IMG/VR virus record: IMGVR_UViG_3300008224_000001
From: a virus
Strand: one strand, 5' to 3'
DNA length: 50,991 nucleotides
Of the stretch, positions 26,329 through 32,711 are shown one piece after another. The notes beneath the pieces were generated by a model. It saw only the letters and a program-made list of their open reading frames with translations, ran no database searches and was not told where the DNA came from. The translations under genes were made by a program, and so were the position numbers. The stretch's first letter is position 1. Each line of letters starts with the position of its first letter.

Positions 26329-26398
26329 CTGCCTAAAATCCGCATCAAACGCCCTAGCACACAAAAAAAATTAACACTTTCAAGCCTATATAAAGAAT

Positions 26399-26430
26399 AA
26401 AAGCCGCTTAATTGCGGTTTTTTTATGCCT
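26399..26430 (+). terminator. Hairpin-T7-ATGCC element #8, the only + strand copy
   Basis: AAAGCCGCTTAATTGCGGTTTTTTTATGCC. Confidence 0.6.
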
Positions 26431-26441
26431 TTTTAAAAAAT

Positions 26442-26484
26442 AATACGTAATAGTATTGAATTATTTAATACGTAAGCGTATTAT
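26442..26484 (+). promoter_or_regulatory. Promoter TTGAAT-17-TATTAT (26456-26484), overlapped by operators AATACGTAATAGTATT (26442-26457) and AATACGTAAGCGTATT (26467-26482)
   Basis: Read directly; same operator consensus as at cro. Confidence 0.6.
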
Positions 26485-26524
26485 TTACCCAACAAAAAAA
26501 ACAACCCAAACAAAGGAAACAAAA

Positions 26525-26725
26525 ATGCTAACCCAAATCATCAAAAACCGCGCGCAAATCGCATCCATTCAAGCCGCGTCACTCGTCAAAACCATGCAAG
26601 GCACACGACAAGGCCAAGATAACGCCGCTCACCATGCCCGAGATTTAGTCATTCAAGGCAAAACAGGCGCAACCGCTGTTGAAACTGGCTATCGCTTTGG
26701 CATGGGCCTGCCTGTTTTAGCATGA
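26525..26725 (+). CDS. Hypothetical protein (66 aa; start moved to the ATG after AAAGGAAACAAAA)
   Basis: ORF track 26456..26725. The upstream part overlaps the promoter and operators. Confidence 0.5.
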   Translation: MLTQIIKNRAQIASIQAASLVKTMQGTRQGQDNAAHHARDLVIQGKTGATAVETGYRFGMGLPVLA

Positions 26726-27045
26726 GCAATTCACAAGAAAACTGGATAAGCACCGACGACAGAATGCCGGACGATGAAGAGCTAGTTGTATTTTTAGAAC
26801 CCTTTGGCGAAAGCATCGCCGGTGATCTTCATTTAGGATTCAGGCTTGAAGGTGAATGGATCGCGCAAGAATCACACGCAGTATTAAAAGGCTTCATCTC
26901 GCACTGGATAGAAATACCCGATACCGCTGCATTAATCGACAGCATTCGGAACCAGACCTTGTTATTTACCCCGATGAGTAACCGGACGCAGCACGTTACG
27001 CTGCAATTATTATTAACCCAATCAGCAACAAGGAAAATAAAATGA
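26722..27045 (+). CDS. DUF551-like protein
   Basis: WISTDDRMPDDEELVV...ISHWIEIPD pattern. Confidence 0.5.
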   Translation: MSNSQENWISTDDRMPDDEELVVFLEPFGESIAGDLHLGFRLEGEWIAQESHAVLKGFISHWIEIPDTAALIDSIRNQTLLFTPMSNRTQHVTLQLLLTQSATRKIK

Positions 27046-27542
27046 TTAATAAGTACGACAAAGCAATCAAAAAAGCCGCCGCCCAGTTTTTACCTGGCAT
27101 CGACTGGCGCTTACTAAAAGCGCAGCTGCAAGCCGAATCAAACCTAGACCCAAAAGCAAAATCACCGGCGGGCGCAATGGGAATCGCTCAATTTATGCCC
27201 AAAACATGGGAAGAAGTCGCGGGCAAGCTAAATTTTCACCATGACACAACCCCTTACGATGCGCCCGCTGCAATCATTGCTGCCGCTTATTACATGAGCA
27301 CATTGCTCAAACAATGGACCGCGAAACGCGAAGAAACCGACCGTTATTTCTTGGCATTAGCCAGCTATAACGCGGGTTTCGGTAATATCTTAGACGCACA
27401 GCGGTATGCAGGCGGGGTTAATGACTACTTCAGCATTATGCAGCACTTGAATAGCGTTACAGGTAATAATGCACAAGAAACCCTTGATTATATCCCTCGA
27501 ATTTACAAAACCTTTGGCGAATACGTCATGGAAGGCCGCTAA
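27042..27542 (+). CDS. Lytic transglycosylase (SLT domain), probable endolysin
   Basis: LKAQLQAESNLDPKAKSPAGAMGIAQFMPKTW...YNAG motifs. Confidence 0.75.
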   Translation: MINKYDKAIKKAAAQFLPGIDWRLLKAQLQAESNLDPKAKSPAGAMGIAQFMPKTWEEVAGKLNFHHDTTPYDAPAAIIAAAYYMSTLLKQWTAKREETDRYFLALASYNAGFGNILDAQRYAGGVNDYFSIMQHLNSVTGNNAQETLDYIPRIYKTFGEYVMEGR

Positions 27543-28063
27543 TGATTATCGGACTCGCAGGAAAAGCCCGCGCAGGCAAAACCACCGCTGCTGATTACAT
27601 TTCCGCAAAATACGAAATCCCCACTTATGCTTTTGCCGATCCACTCAAAGCCGCCGCCTGTCAGCTTTTCGGCATCGCCCCGCAAATGGCCTACGGCACA
27701 GGTGGCTATGATCGTGAACAAATCGTACCGCAATGGGGTATTTCAGTCAGAGAAATGTTGCAAAAACTAGGCTCCGAATGTATGCGCATGAACTTTGGCG
27801 CTGATTTTTGGACAAAACGCGCTGAAATCGTAACAAATCAGCATCGTCATTTAATTATTAGCGATGTTAGATTTGATAACGAAGCAGACTGGGTAAAAAG
27901 CAAAGCTGGCATCGTCATTAACATCACCCGCGAATCATCAATAAACAGCAGCCACGCATCAGAAAGAGGCGTCAGTAAAACCGACCACCAAATCGAAAAC
28001 AATGGCAACGCGATGGAATTATTTAATAAGATTGATGAAATTTTAATGGCTTACGGTATTTAG
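27542..28063 (+). CDS. P-loop kinase, dNMP-kinase-like
   Basis: MIIGLAGKARAGKTT Walker A; phage dNMP kinase-like size. Confidence 0.55.
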   Translation: MIIGLAGKARAGKTTAADYISAKYEIPTYAFADPLKAAACQLFGIAPQMAYGTGGYDREQIVPQWGISVREMLQKLGSECMRMNFGADFWTKRAEIVTNQHRHLIISDVRFDNEADWVKSKAGIVINITRESSINSSHASERGVSKTDHQIENNGNAMELFNKIDEILMAYGI

Positions 28064-28108
28064 AGTTAATCCAAATAAACCACAACAACGCAACGACGGA
28101 GTAAACCC

Positions 28109-28741
28109 ATGATCGCAGCCAGCAGTTTCCCCTTAGAGCTAATCCGCCACACCCCAACCATCCTAAACTTACTCGGCGATGGCAAAACCGACACTGTACG
28201 CAGCATCAGTCAAAAACTATATACAATACAATCACAACATAACGAACGCAAAACCCGCCAACTTTTAGAACACCTCGAAGATAAAAAAATGTTGCGCTGG
28301 GAAATGGGCAAACGCCAGCAAAAAATATGGATGAAATTTGACACTATTCGCACAGGAAAGCCGGGGCTACTCACAAAAAAGCTCGTTACTAACTTATTCA
28401 CCGACCACAAGCCGGTCTTAACAAATCTTGAAATAGCCACCGCGTTATTCGATAGCATCGATAAAACAACATTAGATAGAACCGCCGTCGCCACCAATGT
28501 CATTGCAAACAGATTGGGGCTTAAAAAAGAAAAAATAATGCGCATTGTTTACTACTCCCTGCCTGATTTTAGCGGCGATTTTAAAGATTATCAAATCACC
28601 CCAGCAGCTAACAGAGATGCAATCAAACTCGCACAACAACAAACACCGGAATCGAACACTAGCAGATTGATGCAGAAAGCCCTGCTATTTTACCGAATAC
28701 TCGCCCAATTCAACCAACCCACAAGAGGGATAAACTCATGA
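28109..28741 (+). CDS. Hypothetical protein (210 aa)
   Basis: ORF track. Confidence 0.5.
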   Translation: MIAASSFPLELIRHTPTILNLLGDGKTDTVRSISQKLYTIQSQHNERKTRQLLEHLEDKKMLRWEMGKRQQKIWMKFDTIRTGKPGLLTKKLVTNLFTDHKPVLTNLEIATALFDSIDKTTLDRTAVATNVIANRLGLKKEKIMRIVYYSLPDFSGDFKDYQITPAANRDAIKLAQQQTPESNTSRLMQKALLFYRILAQFNQPTRGINS

Positions 28742-29130
28742 TCGAAGAAGAATTAAAAGCTGAAATGATTAGCTATCTATCAACCAGCGAAGCGACCACC
28801 CTGCCCGAACTCAATACTGCTTTCAGTGATTACGACGCGCAAGAAATCAGCGCAGCAGTGCAACACTTAATCAATCTCGAACAAGTTGAAACTACCCATA
28901 AAGACGGCACAATTGCTTATAAGCTAATCAGCGAAGAAACTCAGCAGAAAATAACAATTGAACATGTCAACATTCACATCGAAGAAATCAAAAGCAAGCT
29001 AAAAGGGGTTGAAATAATCGATTTCGACCTTAAAATTGCAGCGCTTAAAAAAATCGGTGAAATTATGGTCGATGATATTCAACAGTTATTGCATGATATT
29101 TGTGATGATTTAAACGCGGCGCATAATTAA
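28738..29130 (+). CDS. Hypothetical acidic protein (130 aa)
   Basis: ORF track. Confidence 0.5.
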   Translation: MIEEELKAEMISYLSTSEATTLPELNTAFSDYDAQEISAAVQHLINLEQVETTHKDGTIAYKLISEETQQKITIEHVNIHIEEIKSKLKGVEIIDFDLKIAALKKIGEIMVDDIQQLLHDICDDLNAAHN

Positions 29131-29140
29131 ATTTACAGCA

Positions 29141-29173
29141 CTTTGGTTTATCGGCTGGAGCGAGTAGTTTTAA
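29141..29173 (+). repeat. R0: a lone 3' half-element (CTTTGGTTTATCGGCTGGAGCGAGTAGTTTTAA) opening the array
   Basis: Nearly identical to the 3' ends of E7 (31616-31648) and E9. No matching 5' arm upstream. Confidence 0.6.
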
Positions 29174-29193
29174 GGCATTGAAAGGATAGGATT

Positions 29194-29385
29194 ATGATAA
29201 TGAACTGTCCATTTTGCAACAGCGATGCGGGATACTATACTAAGCAAGTAGTCAGATTCATACAGCATCATGAATTTGATAAAAGTGATACGTGCGCTGG
29301 GGAAAGCCGCCATGTTTCAGGCGGAAAAGTTAAATATTGTGAAAAATGCAATAAGAACATAACAAAGTATTTACCAGCCATATAA
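29194..29385 (+). CDS. Cassette 1: zinc-ribbon protein (63 aa)
   Basis: CPFC...(43)...CEKC; RBS GAAAGGA. Confidence 0.55.
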   Translation: MIMNCPFCNSDAGYYTKQVVRFIQHHEFDKSDTCAGESRHVSGGKVKYCEKCNKNITKYLPAI

Positions 29386-29442
29386 CGAGCAAGAGCTAAC
29401 CCGCCGGTGCTTTTTCCGGTCGGGTTGAGCGTGTAGTTATAA
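29380..29442 (+). repeat. E1, attC-like element (63 bp)
   Basis: ATATAAC|GAGCAAGA|GCT-AACCCG-CCGG [loop] CCGG-T-CGGGTT-G-AGC|GTGTA|GTTATAA. The TAA stop of cassette 1 lies inside the 5' box. Confidence 0.65.
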
Positions 29443-29475
29443 ATAATGTAAGATTTAATTAATGAGGGAATGATT

Positions 29476-29781
29476 ATGCTAAAAATGTATATGGGATTTG
29501 ATTCATATCAAGAAGCTTGCGAGGGAGCGGTTCTTATTTTTGCTAACGATGTAAAAGAAGCCAAGAAGCTTGCATATCCAACAATCAGAGATTGGTTTGA
29601 TACAGAATGGATAGGATTAAAAGTAAAGTTATTAAAAAATTGTGATTACTTAATGTCAGAGTCTATATCAGACCAGCCGCATGTTGTTAGAACCCCTAAA
29701 GTTTGCCCGAAATGTGAATTATGGGGGACTGGTGAGGTTATTAATGGTACATGCCCAGAATGTAATGATCCTGATTTATAA
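29476..29781 (+). CDS. Cassette 2: protein with a C-terminal zinc ribbon (101 aa; start at the ATT-ATG as in the other cassettes)
   Basis: CPKC...(13)...CPEC; RBS GAGGGA. Confidence 0.55.
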   Translation: MLKMYMGFDSYQEACEGAVLIFANDVKEAKKLAYPTIRDWFDTEWIGLKVKLLKNCDYLMSESISDQPHVVRTPKVCPKCELWGTGEVINGTCPECNDPDL

Positions 29782-29901
29782 CGAACATAGCTAAACAGCC
29801 TGCGCGAGTGCGGAACATTAATTAAATACCATGTCGTTGATGTCAACAAGATGGTTAAAAATGTCGTAGCTCAGCAGGTCTTTTTGAGCGGTATGTTATT
29901 A
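29776..29901 (+). repeat. E2, attC-like element (126 bp)
   Basis: TTATAAC GAAC ATA-GCT-AAA ... TTT-G-AGC-GG-TAT GTTATTA. The stop codon lies inside the 5' box. Confidence 0.6.
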
Positions 29902-29922
29902 GGCAAACAATGAGGAAATATT

Positions 29923-30132
29923 ATGTTAATAGACGAAATATCTTTAAATATAGTTAGAAAATTAAATGAACAAAAATATATTGGCGGTAGAGTCCAGAAA
30001 AATGCGGCATTACAGTGTGAATTAAATAAGATTCTTATTGCATTAAACGAGGCAATCGGTAGACCGGCTGGAGTTGTTCCAGCGTGTGCCGATGAGTTTT
30101 ATTCGCAAGAGTATAAAAGCAAAGCCTTATAA
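29923..30132 (+). CDS. Cassette 3: hypothetical protein (69 aa)
   Basis: RBS TGAGGAAATATT before the ATG. Confidence 0.5.
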   Translation: MLIDEISLNIVRKLNEQKYIGGRVQKNAALQCELNKILIALNEAIGRPAGVVPACADEFYSQEYKSKAL

Positions 30133-30254
30133 CAAAGTAAGTAATCTGTTTTGCGAAATGAAACTGGGAGCTATTTAAACAACTAATTTTAACGATAACT
30201 AAAGCCTAAAAAACATGACAGCTTAGCAAAATCTGGTTGACTGGTATGTTGGTA
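30127..30254 (+). repeat. E3, attC-like element (128 bp)
   Basis: TTATAAC ... GTTGGTA. The internal segment ATTTTAACGATAACTAAAGCCTAAAAAACA is shared with E9. Arm pairing is weaker. Confidence 0.5.
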
Positions 30255-30274
30255 GGCATTGAGAGGAACAGATT

Positions 30275-30469
30275 ATGAACATAACAAAGACCCTTAAAAT
30301 AATATCTTATTTACTTGCGGTAATAGGTATTTCATTAATTATTGCTTTGCGAATAATTGGTATTGATTTAACCGAGGGGCAGCTGCTAGTTAATTATGCG
30401 CCATACTGGTTTTTGGCCATCGGGTGCTTAGTAGGTAGTTATGCTATTTTTAATAATGCGAAAACTTAG
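30275..30469 (+). CDS. Cassette 4: small membrane protein (64 aa, 2 TM)
   Basis: Hydrophobic segments ISYLLAVIGISLIIALRIIGI and WFLAIGCLVGSYAIF. Confidence 0.5.
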   Translation: MNITKTLKIISYLLAVIGISLIIALRIIGIDLTEGQLLVNYAPYWFLAIGCLVGSYAIFNNAKT

Positions 30470-30471
30470 CC

Positions 30472-30599
30472 TTCCAACGAAGTAGTTGAGCTGAGAACGG
30501 CTTGATTAGAATATGTGATTTAACTAACGAATTTTAACAATAAACCTTCTGACAAAAAACGAGACGCAATAGTGAATCGGCTCGAACGCTATGTTAGTA
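30472..30599 (+). repeat. E4, attC-like element (128 bp)
   Basis: TTCCAAC GAAGTAG TTGAGC ... GCTCGAA CGCTAT GTTAGTA. Roughly 85-90% identical to E5 by eye. Confidence 0.6.
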
Positions 30600-30621
30600 G
30601 GTAAACAACGAGGTGAATATT

Positions 30622-30753
30622 ATGATTGAAAAACTGTGGCTAATTGCTTTAGTGCTTAATGTATTAATCAATATATTTTTAACTAAAAATTACTTATGCG
30701 CCGGTGCTTGGTTTGTTGCCATTCTTGCGTTATTCCATACTCCAACCTTCTAA
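30622..30753 (+). CDS. Cassette 5: membrane peptide (43 aa), below the ORF-track cutoff
   Basis: Own translation MIEKLWLIALVLNVLINIFLTKNYLCAGAWFVAILALFHTPTF; RBS ACGAGGTGAATATT. Confidence 0.45.
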   Translation: MIEKLWLIALVLNVLINIFLTKNYLCAGAWFVAILALFHTPTF

Positions 30754-30875
30754 CGAAGGAGTTGAGCTGAGAACGGCTTGATTAACTGAAGATAATTAAC
30801 TAACGAATTTTAACAATAAACCTTCTGACAAAAACCGAGTTGCATTAGTGAATCGGCTCGAACGATATGTTAGTA
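30748..30875 (+). repeat. E5, attC-like element (128 bp)
   Basis: TTCTAAC GAAGGAG TTGAGC ... GCTCGAA CGATAT GTTAGTA. The TAA stop of cassette 5 lies inside the 5' box. Confidence 0.6.
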
Positions 30876-30895
30876 GGTAAACAACGAGGTGGCTT

Positions 30896-31087
30896 GTGGA
30901 TAAAAAAGATTTTGGTGAAAAACTGGGTGCGGAGATGAGATTCTGTGATAACAAAGTTCAGGAGTTAACAAAGAAAAAGGAGGACATTACTTCTGCAATA
31001 GCATACTGGGAAGAACAAGCAAGCGCGGCAAGGTCAATGAATGCTAGGTTTGTATTTGAAAGTGCGGAGACAACATTCGATAAGTAA
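30896..31087 (+). CDS. Cassette 6: hypothetical protein (63 aa, GTG start)
   Basis: RBS ACGAGGTGGCTT before the GTG. Confidence 0.45.
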   Translation: MDKKDFGEKLGAEMRFCDNKVQELTKKKEDITSAIAYWEEQASAARSMNARFVFESAETTFDK

Positions 31088-31091
31088 GACC

Positions 31092-31219
31092 TTCTAACGT
31101 CTTGCTCAGTTGACGCTAGAGGGAATGAGAAGAACCCCGACAAAACAACTGAGCTTTGAAAATATTTGACCTTTGATAAAACCACGCTTCCAGCGGTCAA
31201 CTGGAGCAATTTGTTATAT
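31092..31219 (+). repeat. E6, attC-like element (128 bp)
   Basis: TTCTAAC|GTC|TTGCTC-AGTTGAC-GCT ... AGC-G-GTCAACT-G-GAGCAA|TTT|GTTATAT. Confidence 0.7.
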
Positions 31220-31237
31220 TTGATTATAGGAAAAATT

Positions 31238-31489
31238 ATGAATTTTGGACAAGCGATACATGAAATGAAAGCTGGTAGAAATGTTGCTAGAAATGGATGG
31301 AATGGTAAAGGCATTTTTATTGCCATTCAATTTCCTGATGAAAACAGCAAAATGACCAGCCCTTACACTTTTATTAATACAACTGGCTTGCAAACTGACA
31401 ATGACGATGCTCCAAAAAGCCTTGTTCCTTGGTTGCCATCTCAAACTGATATGCTTGCTGATGACTGGATTGATGTCGGTGCTGGATGA
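31238..31489 (+). CDS. Cassette 7: DUF2829 protein (Tad2-like candidate), 83 aa. Start moved to MNFGQAIHEMKAGR.
   Basis: MNFGQAIHEMKAGRNVARNGWNGKG.FIAIQ ... VPWLPSQTDMLADDWIDV is the DUF2829 hallmark. Confidence 0.7.
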   Translation: MNFGQAIHEMKAGRNVARNGWNGKGIFIAIQFPDENSKMTSPYTFINTTGLQTDNDDAPKSLVPWLPSQTDMLADDWIDVGAG

Positions 31490-31516
31490 TTTAAACCCTC
31501 GTATTCCAAGGATGGA

Positions 31517-31648
31517 ATATAACGAACATAGCTCAGTGTAAACCAAAAATTATAGGAGGTGCTTATGATTGGCGCAGGTTCTGGAGATTAGAAGAAGATA
31601 TTTAAGTACACCGCGCTTTGGTTTATCGACTGGAGCGGGTAGTTTTAA
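31517..31648 (+). repeat. E7, attC-like element (132 bp)
   Basis: ATATAAC GAACATA GCTC-AGT ... ACT-G-GAGC GGGTA GTTTTAA. The loop contains a strong SD plus an 8-codon mini-ORF. Confidence 0.6.
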
Positions 31649-31668
31649 GGCATTGAAAGGACATGATT

Positions 31669-31872
31669 ATGAATGAAGATGAATTAATTAAAAAAGTTAA
31701 TGATGAGTTATCTTTAGATGATGTTAAAGAATTAATACGCTGGGCGTGGAAAGAAGCAAAGCTAGAACAAAGGAATTTATGCATTGCAGCTATTAATAAC
31801 TGTGAAGATACTGGCTTCGGAAGAATACGTAGATTAGAAGCTCTTGGTGCGTGCGTAATTAGTGCCGAATAA
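31669..31872 (+). CDS. Cassette 8: hypothetical protein (67 aa)
   Basis: RBS GAAAGGACATGATT before the ATG. Confidence 0.5.
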   Translation: MNEDELIKKVNDELSLDDVKELIRWAWKEAKLEQRNLCIAAINNCEDTGFGRIRRLEALGACVISAE

Positions 31873-31998
31873 CGGTAGAGTTGAGATGAAACCAACATGC
31901 ACAAGAAAAGCTACTTTTGTGTGCATGAGTTAAGAACGTACACAAATTAATTTAAACACGCAGACTGTTGGTTTTCATTCTCCAACGCTGTGTTATAA
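31867..31998 (+). repeat. E8, attC-like element (132 bp)
   Basis: GAATAAC|GGTAGAG|TTG-AG-ATGAAA-CCAACA ... TGTTGG-T-TTTCAT-T-CT-C-CAA|CGCTGT|GTTATAA. Confidence 0.7.
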
Positions 31999-32016
31999 AT
32001 TTTTACAAGGCGATTT

Positions 32017-32196
32017 ATGAGTTTAGTAATTGAACATAAAAACATATATAGAAAAACTGTAAAAGGCGGTAGGTATTTTAAAATAATGAGCTTTCATCGA
32101 AAGATTGCACCTAAAAAATGGAAATTTAGACGCCCTGCAAATATTGATTTGATAATAAATAGGAGTGACTATGAAAATTACCTTTCCTTTGATTAG
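32017..32196 (+). CDS. Cassette 9: basic hypothetical protein (59 aa), below the ORF-track cutoff
   Basis: Own translation MSLVIEHKNIYRKTVKGGRYFKIMSFHRKIAPKKWKFRRPANIDLIINRSDYENYLSFD. Confidence 0.4.
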   Translation: MSLVIEHKNIYRKTVKGGRYFKIMSFHRKIAPKKWKFRRPANIDLIINRSDYENYLSFD

Positions 32197-32209
32197 TCGC
32201 TATCTTGAT

Positions 32210-32341
32210 TTATAACGAACAAAGCTCACCTGTTTTACGAAAACAAAAACAAGCGATAAAAAGCAGTAAAATTTTAACGATAACTTAAAGCCTAAAAAAC
32301 AAGTCGTAGCTAGTAAAATCTGGTGGAGCGAGTAGTTTTAA
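32210..32341 (+). repeat. E9, attC-like element (132 bp)
   Basis: TTATAAC GAACAAA GCTC-ACC..TTTTAC ... GTAAAA..GGT-G-GAGC GAGTA GTTTTAA. Confidence 0.65.
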
Positions 32342-32363
32342 GGCATTGAAAGGACAGAATACT

Positions 32364-32711
32364 ATGAGACATGAAATATCAATTCACGACGAAAATAACA
32401 AAGAATACACAAAAATTTTTGATTTTGAAAGAGAGATTAAAAAAGGAGACTCCCTTCTCCTAAAGGATCTTGATTGCGCAGAAGTATTTTCTTCAGAAAT
32501 AAACATGATTGATGGCGGCATATATTTACGGGCAAGTTTTATGGTGATTTATGAGGAGGATCTAATAGAGGCTGGATTCAAAACGAGAGAGACAATCGGC
32601 GAAGAAAAAGCCCAAAGAAAAGAGGATGATCTAGTAATAAAAGAAAGACATAAGCAACACATGACGCTCATGAAAAAACTTATTAATATAGGAAAAAGTG
32701 AAGCCGAATAA
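32364..32711 (+). CDS. Cassette 10: hypothetical protein (115 aa)
   Basis: RBS GAAAGGACAGAATACT before the ATG. The track ORF starts at an upstream TTG. Confidence 0.5.
   Translation: MRHEISIHDENNKEYTKIFDFEREIKKGDSLLLKDLDCAEVFSSEINMIDGGIYLRASFMVIYEEDLIEAGFKTRETIGEEKAQRKEDDLVIKERHKQHMTLMKKLINIGKSEAE

Noticed and set aside
31166-31237. The longer 107-aa version of the DUF2829 ORF starting at 31166
   Set aside because: The extra 24 codons lie inside repeat E6. The DUF2829 family begins at the internal MNFGQA, which also has the cassette-type RBS spacing.
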